IMG/VR virus record: IMGVR_UViG_3300007734_000751
Coordinates: 1 to 64,000 of that record
Strand: one strand, 5' to 3'
Origin: a virus
Length of the DNA: 64,000 bases
The notes beneath the pieces are model-generated. The model was given only the letters and a program-made list of their open reading frames with translations. It had not been told where the DNA came from and searched no databases. The position numbers were made by a program, and so were the translations under genes. This document shows, piece by piece, positions 9,401-19,372 of this stretch. Each line of letters starts with the position of its first letter. Positions within the stretch are counted from its first letter, which is position 1.

Positions 9401-9871
9401 ATGCCAAACACCAAACCAGTTGGTGTTGCTTTTTCTGATCCTGAACTCGTCGCTGGCACAACCATCACGGGCGCAACGATCAGCGGCGGCACCGTTTCTA
9501 GCGCTACATCAGTTAGCGCCACTTCTGTTAGCGCAGGCGATCTCACCACAACAGGCGGTCTTTATCTGAAGACGGCTACTGTGGCGGCTACTGGCTCGAC
9601 ACAAGCCGACGCGGCTTCAGTGTCGGACGGTCTTACGCTTGTAACAGCGGCAGACGGCACTAAAGGCATTAAACTTCCTGCGGCGGTTGCTGGCCGCACG
9701 GTCATCTTAAAAAATGGCGCAGCCGCTATTTTAAAAGTATGGCCTGCTTCGGGCGACGGCATCAACGCAATCACGGTTGATTCCAACTATGTGCTTGCAG
9801 CCAATACCTCTTCGTTGCTCATCGCTTATGATGCGACGACCTGGTATTCTGTCCCGCTGCTTGCTTCTTAA
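9401..9871 (+). CDS. Head fibre/decoration protein
   Basis: MPNTKPVGVAFSDPEL N-terminus shared with the unit B gene at 47,038; T/A-rich. Confidence 0.55.
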   Translation: MPNTKPVGVAFSDPELVAGTTITGATISGGTVSSATSVSATSVSAGDLTTTGGLYLKTATVAATGSTQADAASVSDGLTLVTAADGTKGIKLPAAVAGRTVILKNGAAAILKVWPASGDGINAITVDSNYVLAANTSSLLIAYDATTWYSVPLLAS

Positions 9872-9873
9872 TA

Positions 9874-9900
9874 TATAGCGGCCTACGGGCCGCTGTATTT
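9874..9900 (+). terminator. cUACGg hairpin with U-tract
   Basis: tatagcggcc-tacg-ggccgctgta-ttt. Confidence 0.65.
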
Positions 9901-9916
9901 CTTTAGAAAGTAACCA

Positions 9917-10120
9917 ATGGCTGTTATTTATTTGAAACACCCCGAACATGGGGTTAAAGTGGCGTGTCTCGACCTAGAGGCCGAAGCCGACGAAGAGAAC
10001 GGCTGGATAAGGTTCGACCCAGATGACGACATACAGTGCATACGACCAGATTTGCGGAGCGTTGAGGCTCCTAGGAGTGTTAGCCGAAGGCGAAACGCCC
10101 TCGTCAGAAACAGCGAATGA
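9917..10120 (+). CDS. Small conserved head-region protein
   Basis: IYLKHPEHGVKVA...EAEADEENGW; conserved in B; overlaps the next gene by 98 nt. Confidence 0.6.
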   Translation: MAVIYLKHPEHGVKVACLDLEAEADEENGWIRFDPDDDIQCIRPDLRSVEAPRSVSRRRNALVRNSE

Positions 10121-10739
10121 CGCGCTGTATGCGCTGAATCAAATGATCGACAGTTGGGACACTGAGCGTTTGGCGGTGTTTTCAACTAAAGATGATGTCT
10201 ATCTTTGGCCTGCGGGTCAAATATCGCGCACTTATGGCCCTACCGGCGATGTGGTTGGCGAGCGCCCTGTCCTATTAGATGACTCAACCTATTTCCGCGA
10301 TCCACAGACCAACGTGTCTTACGGGATCAAGTTTATCAATCAACAACAATATGATGGCATTGCTGTTAAAACAGTAACGTCAACTTATCCACAGGTCATG
10401 TGGATAAATATGAGCTACCCAAATATTGAAATGTATGTTTACCCAGTGCCGTTGCGGTTGCTGGAATGGCATTTCATCTCCGTCGAACGGCTAACGCAGC
10501 CCGCGACGTTGGCGACTTCGATTCTCTTCCCGCCAGGTTATCTGCGCGCTTTCCGCTACAATCTAGCCTGCGAGTTAGCGCCTGAGTTTGGTATCGAGCC
10601 ATCGCCGACGGTTAGCCGTATTGCTATGTATAGCAAGCGCGACTTAAAGCGTATCAATAATCCTGACGACATCATGGCTCTGCCTTACAGCATCGTCGGC
10701 ACACGTCAGCGCTATAACATCTACGCGGGCAACTACTGA
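10023..10739 (+). CDS. Head completion/tail adaptor (P22 gp4-like)
   Basis: ALRLLGVLAEGETP...ALNQMIDSW...YNLACELAPEFG; position between head genes and gp10. Confidence 0.75.
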   Translation: MTTYSAYDQICGALRLLGVLAEGETPSSETANDALYALNQMIDSWDTERLAVFSTKDDVYLWPAGQISRTYGPTGDVVGERPVLLDDSTYFRDPQTNVSYGIKFINQQQYDGIAVKTVTSTYPQVMWINMSYPNIEMYVYPVPLRLLEWHFISVERLTQPATLATSILFPPGYLRAFRYNLACELAPEFGIEPSPTVSRIAMYSKRDLKRINNPDDIMALPYSIVGTRQRYNIYAGNY

Positions 10740-12517
10740 TGAAGACGCCGATCTTAGGCAGCTCGTATGTAACCAGAAGCCCAAACGCGGCGGACAGCCG
10801 CATGGTCAATCTCTTCCCAGAGGTTATACCAGAAGGCGGCAAAGAAGCCGCTTGGCTTCAACGAGCGCCAGGACTGCGGTATCTTCAAACATTAGGCGCT
10901 GGGCCAGTTCGCGGGCTTTGGACGTTTTACAGCGACGCTATAGCCCCTGCCCCTGGCGAACCTACTAAAGTAAATTATGGCTATGCTATTTCGGCTAAAA
11001 AATTATACCGTATTGACTCTGAATTTAACGCTACGGAAATAGGAACTATTGAAGGCACTACGCAAGTAAATATGACCGATAATGGTCGTCAGATGTTTAT
11101 TGCCGCCGATACTTATGGATATATCTATAATAGCACGTATCAAACGCTAGTTTGCAATACCACTAATACAAGCACAACAGTTGTTACCACAGACACAGCT
11201 TATGTTTACCCTGGGCAACCAGTTTCAGGCACAGGCATACCAACCGGCGCAACGGTTGCTAGTGTTACGGACGCGACGCATTTTGTATTGTCTGCCGCTG
11301 CAACTGCCACCAATACAGGCGTTACGTTAACATTTACGCCTTTTCTTACGCAGCTCACAACGCCTTTTGAAGGCGCGGTTGGGTGTGGATTTCTCGACGG
11401 TTGGTTCGTGTTTAATCAACCAAACAGTCAGATCTTTTGGGTTATGGATTCTACTGGCACAACGATTGATCCGTTGTATTTTGCCAGCGCGGAAGGCTCG
11501 CCTGACAATCTTGTCACACTGATTGTCGATCACCGCGAGATCTGGCTATTTGGAACTAATTCCGTCGAAGTCTGGTATGACGCTGGTCTTCCTGACTTTC
11601 CTATGGCGCGCATCCAAGGCGCGTTTAATGAAATCGGTTGTCTTGCCGCCTACTCAGTTGCCAAGCTCGACAACGGTTTGTTCTGGCTCGGCGCTGACGC
11701 GCGCGGTAATGGTATCGTCTACCGCTCAAAAGGCTATAGCGGCGAGCGTGTTTCTACCCATGCGGTTGAATGGCAGATCCAACAATACGCTAACCTGTCT
11801 GATGCGGTCGGTTATACTTATCAACAGGACGGCCACAGCTTCTATGTCCTAAACTTTCCGACCGCCAACACGACATGGGTTTATGACGTGGCGACGGGCG
11901 CATGGCATGAACGCGCTGGTTGGGAAAATGACACTTACACGCGGACACGCGGCAACTGCCAAATGAATTTCAATAATGAAATTGTCATCGGCGATTACCG
12001 CACAGGCGAGCTTTATGCCTATGATTTAAATGTATATTCAGAAGCCGGAACACGTCAAAAGTGGTTACGGTCATGGCGCGCGCTGCCGACAGGCCAGAAC
12101 GATCTGAACCGCACAGCGCAGCATAGTCTTCAGTTAGATTGTCAAGCGGGCGTCGGTCTTCCAGGCTACAGCCAAGAGGAAGTCAATGACATTATTTATA
12201 TTTATGATCGCGCACATGATTATATTCTTGACCGCGCTGGATCTCCTTTAAAAATTCGCGATTACGCCAATTATCAGATTACAGTTGGCGCTAATCCACA
12301 AGTCATGTTGCGTTGGTCTGATGATGGCGGTCACACTTGGTCAAATGAGCATTGGAAGTCTATGGGTCAGATCGGCCAGACTGGCTACCGCACGATTTGG
12401 CGTCGGCTTGGCATGACATTAAAACTTCGCGATAGAGTATATGAGATCTCCGGCACCGACCCCGTAAAGATCGCTATTATGGGGGCCGAGTTGCATGTGA
12501 GTCCGACCAATGCCTAA
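10739..12517 (+). CDS. Tail hub/DNA stabilisation protein (P22 gp10-like)
   Basis: FASAEGSPDNL, FGTNSVEVWY, TWVYDVATGAWHER, LRWSDDGGHTW. Confidence 0.9.
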   Translation: MKTPILGSSYVTRSPNAADSRMVNLFPEVIPEGGKEAAWLQRAPGLRYLQTLGAGPVRGLWTFYSDAIAPAPGEPTKVNYGYAISAKKLYRIDSEFNATEIGTIEGTTQVNMTDNGRQMFIAADTYGYIYNSTYQTLVCNTTNTSTTVVTTDTAYVYPGQPVSGTGIPTGATVASVTDATHFVLSAAATATNTGVTLTFTPFLTQLTTPFEGAVGCGFLDGWFVFNQPNSQIFWVMDSTGTTIDPLYFASAEGSPDNLVTLIVDHREIWLFGTNSVEVWYDAGLPDFPMARIQGAFNEIGCLAAYSVAKLDNGLFWLGADARGNGIVYRSKGYSGERVSTHAVEWQIQQYANLSDAVGYTYQQDGHSFYVLNFPTANTTWVYDVATGAWHERAGWENDTYTRTRGNCQMNFNNEIVIGDYRTGELYAYDLNVYSEAGTRQKWLRSWRALPTGQNDLNRTAQHSLQLDCQAGVGLPGYSQEEVNDIIYIYDRAHDYILDRAGSPLKIRDYANYQITVGANPQVMLRWSDDGGHTWSNEHWKSMGQIGQTGYRTIWRRLGMTLKLRDRVYEISGTDPVKIAIMGAELHVSPTNA

Positions 12518-13115
12518 TTATGTCGATAACAACACACAAATTCCTGCCGCTCGCGTTAAAATGAACGACGATTTGACAGGGTTTGTTAATCGACCTTGGT
12601 ATCGTTGGTTTTTTAATATGTATCAAGCTCTTGAAGCAGGGCGACGATACGGATCTTTTTATAGCACGGCGACGCAAACAGCGGCTGCGGCGAATACCGC
12701 CTACGCCATGACCTACAACGCCACGACTAAGAATAACCAAGGCACTGATCTTACTTACGGCGTCTATATTGGCACACCAATATCCCGCGTTTATGTAGAT
12801 AATACAGCTACTTATAACATACAATTTTCCGCGCAATTTGTTAGCACTAACGCCGCGTCTAAGAACGTAACAATATGGCCTGCTATTAATGGCACGGCGG
12901 TTACAGCCTCTGCTACGCAGATTACAATGTCTGGTTCTAGCGGTGCCTATGTTGCTGCGTGGAATTTTCTGCTAAACCTTAACTCCGGCGATTATTTTGA
13001 GTTATATTGGGAAACGACCAATACTAACGTCTCAATTTATGCCGCCGCCGCGTCGGGGCATATCCCCGCTATTCCTTCGGTCATCCTGACCGTAACAAGT
13101 TGTGTAGGTGTTTAA
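12510..13115 (+). CDS. Tail protein (needle/knob-like, C1q-like C-terminus)
   Basis: RPWYRWF N-terminal motif; YNIQFSAQ...AAWNF..GDYFELYW beta domain. Confidence 0.6.
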   Translation: MPNYVDNNTQIPAARVKMNDDLTGFVNRPWYRWFFNMYQALEAGRRYGSFYSTATQTAAAANTAYAMTYNATTKNNQGTDLTYGVYIGTPISRVYVDNTATYNIQFSAQFVSTNAASKNVTIWPAINGTAVTASATQITMSGSSGAYVAAWNFLLNLNSGDYFELYWETTNTNVSIYAAAASGHIPAIPSVILTVTSCVGV

Positions 13116-14312
13116 ATGACCGTTGTATCGCCCACAGCCAAAGCTCAATTTATAGACGCGGCTGGCGTCCCGCTTAATGGCGGTCTTCTCTATACCTACG
13201 CCGCTGGCACGACTACACCGCAAGCTACTTATACGGACTCAACGGGCGCGACAGCTAATAGCAACCCTATTGTTTTAGATTCGCGTGGCGAAGCCAACAT
13301 TTGGCTTGGGTCATCTACCTATAAATTCAAACTTTGCGATTCAACTAATACTGAGATTTGGACAGTTGATAACGTATCCGCACCAACAACGGCGCTGTCG
13401 CCGGTCTTGTCTGGTAACGTCACGATTGACTCTGACTCGGCAGGAACAGCGTTAACGATTACTCAGACAGGCTCTGGCCCTGTTCTTAGAGTTCAAGATT
13501 CGGTGGATCCTGACGCCACGCCATTTATCATTGATACAACTGGTCAAGTTGGTATTGGAACGGCGACACCGGCAAATGCCCTTGATATTGCAGGCGGCAC
13601 ATTTCAGATTTCATCTTCGGCAGGAACATCGCGCACGACTATATCGGCGGACGCTACGGATTCAATTTTTGCTGTCACTAATGACCGTAATTTTACAATT
13701 AAAACTAATACGGCGACCCGATTAACTATTAATTCTACCGATGCTACGTCTACTGTTCCTATAGTATTACCCGCTGCCCCAACAACAACTCTTCAAGCGG
13801 CTACTAAAGGATATGTTGACGGATTAACTGGCTCACCTTCAGGTATTATCGCACCTTTTGCCGGAACAACAGCGCCGTCAGGCTGGTTAGCTTGTGATGG
13901 TTCTGCGGTATCTCGGACAACTTATGCTACTCTTTTTGCCGCTATTGGCACGACGTGGGGCGCAGGTAACGGCACGACTACGTTTAACGTGCCTGACCTT
14001 CGCGGTATGTTTCTTCGCGGTACAGGCACTAACGCGACTGGATCGTCAAGCGGCGCTGTTGGCCCATCAGTCGGCACCTATGCGGCAGATACATATCTAA
14101 ACCATACGCATACAGATAGCGGTCATACGCATACGATAAATATTGGTAATAGTGGACTTACTTGGAATACCACAGCTACTTCAGGATCTGTCGTATTCCC
14201 TGGTTATTCTACCACTACAGCTACTGGCACCGCCAATATTCAAACATCCACGACCGGCGGCACGGAAACAAAGCCAAAGAACTATGGCGTGCTATACATC
14301 ATCAAGACCTAG
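13116..14312 (+). CDS. Tail fibre with tail-collar domain
   Basis: QFIDAAGVPLNGG...NPIVLDSRGEA attachment domain; PSGWLACDGSAVSRTTYATLFAAIG...FNVPDLRGMFLRG collar. Confidence 0.88.
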   Translation: MTVVSPTAKAQFIDAAGVPLNGGLLYTYAAGTTTPQATYTDSTGATANSNPIVLDSRGEANIWLGSSTYKFKLCDSTNTEIWTVDNVSAPTTALSPVLSGNVTIDSDSAGTALTITQTGSGPVLRVQDSVDPDATPFIIDTTGQVGIGTATPANALDIAGGTFQISSSAGTSRTTISADATDSIFAVTNDRNFTIKTNTATRLTINSTDATSTVPIVLPAAPTTTLQAATKGYVDGLTGSPSGIIAPFAGTTAPSGWLACDGSAVSRTTYATLFAAIGTTWGAGNGTTTFNVPDLRGMFLRGTGTNATGSSSGAVGPSVGTYAADTYLNHTHTDSGHTHTINIGNSGLTWNTTATSGSVVFPGYSTTTATGTANIQTSTTGGTETKPKNYGVLYIIKT

Positions 14313-14329
14313 TATTATAGTGAGGCATT

Positions 14330-15304
14330 ATGGATCCGTTCACACTAGCCCTTTTAGGTGGCTCCGCTTTAGCTTCAGGCGGTCTAAGCTACATGGGGTC
14401 AAAGCAAGCCGCTGGAGCGCAGCAACAGGCCGCGCAACAGTCGGGTATGCTTGGGCTATTAGCGCAGCAACAGGCTGCGGCTCAAGCTCAACGCATGGCC
14501 GAACAGGGCGCTGCGGCTGGGCGTGAGTATTATGATAAAGGCCGCGCGGATCTACTAGCTCAAGGCAAACTCGGCGCAGATACGGCGCGCGATTTCTACG
14601 GCCAGGGCGTAGGCTTTCAAGAGCCATACATGGGCGCAGGAGCTGGAGCTACCAATCAGCTCGCGTCGCTCTTTGGTCAAGGCGGCGCGTATACGCAACA
14701 GCCTACCTATGAACAACTCCAGATGGATCCTGGCTATGCCTTCCGGCAACAGCAAGGCGAGCAAGCGATGCTCAACGCCGCGCGGGGTGGTGGCCTAGCT
14801 GGATCGGGCGCTGCGTTAAAAGCTGCTACGCGGTATGGTCAAGAGGCTGGCAGTCAAGAATATACTAACGCCTATAATCGCTTTATGGCTAACCGCGCGC
14901 AGGCAGTTCAGGGTCTTCAGAATCTTGCAGGCACGGGCGCAGGCGCTGCGGGCACAGCTTCACAACTCGCCGGTAGCATGGGCAACGCTCTGTCGGGTAA
15001 TCAATTTAATGTTGGCTCTAACCTCGGCACGATGGCGTCAAACGCTGGTTCGACAGTCGCTGGTGCATACACCGGCGCGATCCCAACGATGGCGGCGCTT
15101 ACATCAGCTAACCCATACGGGCAAGCGATGGAGAATGTCGGACAAGCTAGAGCTTCTGGCTATGTCGGCGGCACATCAGCCCTCAGTAACGCATTAAACA
15201 GCGGTATGGGTAATGCGCTGGCGTATAACATGATGAGTAGGTATGCGCCTCAAGGCCCAACAGGCTCATATCAATTTGGCGGTCAAAATGTCCCTTATTT
15301 TTAG
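14330..15304 (+). CDS. Ejection (DNA transfer) protein 1, P22 gp7-like
   Basis: Hydrophobic N-terminus, A/G/Q-rich, MDPGYAFRQQQG...SGAALKA motif. Confidence 0.75.
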   Translation: MDPFTLALLGGSALASGGLSYMGSKQAAGAQQQAAQQSGMLGLLAQQQAAAQAQRMAEQGAAAGREYYDKGRADLLAQGKLGADTARDFYGQGVGFQEPYMGAGAGATNQLASLFGQGGAYTQQPTYEQLQMDPGYAFRQQQGEQAMLNAARGGGLAGSGAALKAATRYGQEAGSQEYTNAYNRFMANRAQAVQGLQNLAGTGAGAAGTASQLAGSMGNALSGNQFNVGSNLGTMASNAGSTVAGAYTGAIPTMAALTSANPYGQAMENVGQARASGYVGGTSALSNALNSGMGNALAYNMMSRYAPQGPTGSYQFGGQNVPYF

Positions 15305-15313
15305 GTGATTTAA

Positions 15314-16708
15314 ATGGTTGACTACACAATAGCTGCACGCGGCGCACAAGCTAACGCAGCGCCTGACTTTGCAAATATGCTGGCGCAATACCAGATGATG
15401 GGCGCTCGCGCGCAACAGCAACAGCTTCAACAGCGTGAATTAGACCGTCAGAATCAATTGATTAGCCTATTAGGCGGCGCGGATATTAACTCGCCTGAAA
15501 CTATTAACGCGCTTGCGAGAGCTGGGTATTTACCTGAGTCTATCAGCGTCATGGGCGCGCAACGCCAAGCGGAAGCGCAGCGGGCAGCGGCTGACGCACA
15601 GCGCGCTACCGCACTATATCATCAAGGTATGCTCGGCATAGCGCAGGCTAAACTTCCTTTTGAAGAGCGTAAACTAACGCAGGAAGCTCTTAAAGAAGAA
15701 CGGCTTGCTGGCGAAGCGGAAACTAAAGCCGCCAAGACGCAGTTAGAGCGCGATGCAGAGATGTTTAAAACCGCTGAAAATACAGCGGCTAAGATCGTCA
15801 TGGCTGGCGGCAAAGGCTATAAGCCTTTCTATGATAAATTACCCGATCCTTTGAAAAATGTATTGCGCCCTGACTACGACGAAGAGGCGTTGACAAACTT
15901 CACAACTCAGATGGCGACGTTCCAAGATCAAATTAAACGCCGCGATGAGTATGAGCTTAAAGAAAGAATTAATCCGGCTACAGGTCTTAAGGAAACAATC
16001 GCTATTCCTAAGTATCAGCCAGGAAAAGGCGCTACAGTTGTTCCTGGCAGCGCGGGCGGGATTGCGGATAAGTATAAATTTTTGGCTGGCCCTGAAGGAA
16101 CAGGTACGGTCATTCGCACAAATGAAGCTGCGGGGACTGCCGAGTCCTTACCGCTTACCAGCGGCGGTATCCCCGCACCGCGTGTTCAAGCTACGCCAGA
16201 AGGCAAATTAACGCCGCGCGTTGATATGGCCGCGCCTCCTGGCGCTCCGGCTAATGTGCCTGAACCTGTGCCTGGAACGCCTGAATTTACTAACCGTCGG
16301 TTTGCTAATCAAGTATTTAAAGATATCGAATACAATCCTAAGACAGGGGATGATCGGCTATCTACGTTAATTAAGAAATCTACTAGCGGCGGTCTTGAAG
16401 CGGCGGCGTCTGGCGTCAGCGGATTCTTTGGTCGATCTACGACGGGCGCTAAAGCTATTGCTCAGATCGGGACGCTTGTTAACGATATTGTCTTGGAAAG
16501 AATGAACGGCAAGTTAGGCGCTGGCGTATCTAACGAAGATCGTGAGTTCTTTAAATCCTTGCAAGGTAATCTCGACAATCCGTCGATTCCTGTCGAAACA
16601 CGATTGGCAGCATGGAATGAAGCCAAACGACGCATGGCAAAATATGCGGGCGACGCTGGTGCCGCACCAAAAGCAGGCGGCATTATTGACTTTGGGGATC
16701 TGAAATAA
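15314..16708 (+). CDS. Ejection protein 2
   Basis: Q-rich coiled-coil N-terminus, GAGVSNEDREF motif; position in ejection triad. Confidence 0.65.
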   Translation: MVDYTIAARGAQANAAPDFANMLAQYQMMGARAQQQQLQQRELDRQNQLISLLGGADINSPETINALARAGYLPESISVMGAQRQAEAQRAAADAQRATALYHQGMLGIAQAKLPFEERKLTQEALKEERLAGEAETKAAKTQLERDAEMFKTAENTAAKIVMAGGKGYKPFYDKLPDPLKNVLRPDYDEEALTNFTTQMATFQDQIKRRDEYELKERINPATGLKETIAIPKYQPGKGATVVPGSAGGIADKYKFLAGPEGTGTVIRTNEAAGTAESLPLTSGGIPAPRVQATPEGKLTPRVDMAAPPGAPANVPEPVPGTPEFTNRRFANQVFKDIEYNPKTGDDRLSTLIKKSTSGGLEAAASGVSGFFGRSTTGAKAIAQIGTLVNDIVLERMNGKLGAGVSNEDREFFKSLQGNLDNPSIPVETRLAAWNEAKRRMAKYAGDAGAAPKAGGIIDFGDLK

Positions 16709-18612
16709 TGGATGTTCGGCTCCCTGACGGCACAGTCATAAAAAATGTTCCTGAAGGAACAACCAAAGCGCAGCTTGTAGAAAAGCTGAAAGCTAATGGG
16801 TATGACATTGGCGCGCTTGAAGCCAAGCCATCCGAGCCTCAAGAGATCGTTACGACGCCGCAAAAGATAGCGGGCTATCTTGGCGAAACGATTGGAAATA
16901 TCCCCGCGAGCACACTTAATCTCGCGCAAGGCGTTTACGAGACTGCGACGCACCCACTTCAGACAGCGGAAGCATTAGGACAGGCTGCGATGAGTCCTGT
17001 CCAGACGGCTAAAGCTATTGGTGGATATTTTGGCGAACGCTATGCGTCGCCGTTAGAGACATTCAAGCAAGATCCTGTCGGCGTTTTATCTGACATATCC
17101 GCTATCGCAGGTGGTGTCGGAGCTGGCGCGCGTTTAGCCGGCAAAGGCCCATTAGCGCAGGGCGCTATGAAATTAGCGCAACAAACCGCACCTTCAAATG
17201 TTTTAGCGGGCATGGTGCAGGCTCCTTTTAACGCCGCCGCGCCTACTTACGAGTTCGCGCGTAACATGATGGCTCCTAAGTATGCAGCCTACATGGCGGC
17301 GACTGAGGGCAGAACGCCTGAAATTATCTCGGCGCTTCGCAGCCCACAAGCTCAGATTGTTCCTGGCGCTATGCCTACGGCGGCTCAAGCCGCTGCGCCT
17401 GTTGGTGCGGCTAAGTTCCAGGCTCTCGGCGCTACAGCCGCCGAGACAATGCCATCTGAATATATGCAACGTGCTCAAGAGCAAGGCGCGGCGCGGCTAA
17501 AAGCTTTAAGAACTGTAGCTGGATCTGAGCGCACGCTAGAAGCGGCTAAAGAAGGCCGGTCTAAAGAAGCTGCGTATCTTTACGGAAAAGCAGATAAGAT
17601 GCTTGTGCCTGAAGATAAGAAATTAGCTGAGTTACTCACACGTCCTTCGATGGACAAAGCGCTTGCTCGCGCTGAAGAGTTAGCCGCAGAGCGCGGCCAT
17701 ACCTTCCAGCTTGGCGAGACTAAACCTGCTACGACTGTAGAGTCCGCTATCGTCGATGAGTATGGTAACCCGATCAAGCGCACGATTCCTGCGACAACCG
17801 CTAAGTATCCTGTTAGCAGCTTGCACGCGCTCAAGATGTCTATGGACGATCTTATACGCAATCCAGAACGCTTTGGCATCGGCGCATCTGAAGCCGCTGC
17901 TATAGGTAACACGCGTAAGCAATTAATTAGCTGGATCAAACAAAAATCACCGCTGTATGAACAAGCGCGCGGACAATTCGCAAAACGTAGCGGCCCGATC
18001 AATCAAATGGAGATCGGCCAATATCTTGAAAGCAAATTGCTGGCACCGTTGAGCGAAGAAGCGCCGCAACGCGCAGGTGTGTTTGCGACGGCTGTTGAGG
18101 CTGCACCGCGCACGATCAAACAAGCGCTTGAAGGTGGTGGGCCTCGGTTTGAGAAACTGTCTCAGGTTTTAACGCCCGCACAAGTAAAAGCTATTGAGAA
18201 TATCCAAGCTGACTTAGCGCGCGAGGCGCAAGCAGATCGTATGGCGCGTGTGGCTAGAGAAGCTGCGCCTGACGCGACTGAAATAACCAAAGGTGTGTTG
18301 CCGCGTGCTCCTAACTGGATGAACCGCATCACATCGACCGTCAATAAAATAATGGATAAATCGCAGGGCGCGCTTGATCGTAAATATGCGCTTGAGATCG
18401 CAACTGAGATGTTGGATCCCGAACAGACTGCAAAGGTTCTTGAAGCCGCTGTGGCGTATGCGGAAAAGACTAAAAAGACCGCAGAAAAGATAAAAGGCAT
18501 GGGCGCAGGTGTAAAAGACACTGTGCAGAAACTTGGCCCCGCGATCTCTGGAGCTGTGACCGTTCAGAACGTGATGCGCCGGAGAGACAACCAGAACGCG
18601 ATGGCAAGATAA
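16708..18612 (+). CDS. Ejection protein 3
   Basis: Ala-rich helical protein; DVRLPDG N-terminus; last gene of the triad. Confidence 0.65.
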   Translation: MDVRLPDGTVIKNVPEGTTKAQLVEKLKANGYDIGALEAKPSEPQEIVTTPQKIAGYLGETIGNIPASTLNLAQGVYETATHPLQTAEALGQAAMSPVQTAKAIGGYFGERYASPLETFKQDPVGVLSDISAIAGGVGAGARLAGKGPLAQGAMKLAQQTAPSNVLAGMVQAPFNAAAPTYEFARNMMAPKYAAYMAATEGRTPEIISALRSPQAQIVPGAMPTAAQAAAPVGAAKFQALGATAAETMPSEYMQRAQEQGAARLKALRTVAGSERTLEAAKEGRSKEAAYLYGKADKMLVPEDKKLAELLTRPSMDKALARAEELAAERGHTFQLGETKPATTVESAIVDEYGNPIKRTIPATTAKYPVSSLHALKMSMDDLIRNPERFGIGASEAAAIGNTRKQLISWIKQKSPLYEQARGQFAKRSGPINQMEIGQYLESKLLAPLSEEAPQRAGVFATAVEAAPRTIKQALEGGGPRFEKLSQVLTPAQVKAIENIQADLAREAQADRMARVAREAAPDATEITKGVLPRAPNWMNRITSTVNKIMDKSQGALDRKYALEIATEMLDPEQTAKVLEAAVAYAEKTKKTAEKIKGMGAGVKDTVQKLGPAISGAVTVQNVMRRRDNQNAMAR

Positions 18613-18872
18613 TGAATAGCGAGATCCAAGTATTCTTCGACGTAGCGGTCGGCGTGATCGGCGTTCTGGGCGGATGGGTATTGAATACCGTCTGGAGCGC
18701 CGTGAAAGATTTGCAGACCGCTGATAAAGAACTGGCTGAAAAAGTAGGCCAGATCGAAGTTCTTGTCGCTGGACGCTATGTTACCCGCGAAGAGTTTAAC
18801 ACGACACTTAGCCAAGTGTTCATAAAGCTCGATACGATTCGAGATATTGTGAGCCAGAAAGCGGATAGATGA
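18612..18872 (+). CDS. Single-TM membrane protein, holin/antiholin candidate
   Basis: N-terminal TM (VFFDVAVGVIGVLGGWVL) plus coiled coil; directly upstream of endolysin. Confidence 0.55.
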   Translation: MNSEIQVFFDVAVGVIGVLGGWVLNTVWSAVKDLQTADKELAEKVGQIEVLVAGRYVTREEFNTTLSQVFIKLDTIRDIVSQKADR

Positions 18873-19372
18873 AAGAGAACTACGCCCAGGCGCTGAAACA
18901 AGTCCTGAAGTATGAGGGCGGCTACGTTGACCATCCAAAAGACCCAGGTGGCCCGACGAATAAGGGAGTTACGCAAGCGGTTTATGATAGCTGGCGCAAG
19001 TCACAGAATCTCCCAACGCAAAGCGTGCGCGCTATCGCTGATTCAGAAGTTGCGGCGATTTACAAGAACCTATACTGGGATCGTATTTCTGGAGATAATC
19101 TGCCCTCTGGCGTTGATTTTGCTGTGTTCGATTATGCTGTCAATTCCGGCGTAAGCCGCGCAGCCAAGACCTTGCAGGCTGTTGTCGGCGTTACGCAAGA
19201 CGGCGTGATCGGGCCTGCAACCATAGAAGCTACTAAGACATATGTTGCGATGGCTGTTACCAACAAACGCTTGGCGTTTATGCAGTCCTTGTCGATCTGG
19301 TCTACGTTCGGCAAAGGATGGGCTGCACGGATCGCTGACGTCAAGAACCAGATCAAAGCATTATGCGGATAA
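18869..19372 (+). CDS. Endolysin, glycosyl hydrolase family 108
   Basis: EGGYVDHPKDPGGPTNKGVT motif; FDYAVNSG; QDGVIGPAT. Confidence 0.92.
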   Translation: MKENYAQALKQVLKYEGGYVDHPKDPGGPTNKGVTQAVYDSWRKSQNLPTQSVRAIADSEVAAIYKNLYWDRISGDNLPSGVDFAVFDYAVNSGVSRAAKTLQAVVGVTQDGVIGPATIEATKTYVAMAVTNKRLAFMQSLSIWSTFGKGWAARIADVKNQIKALCG

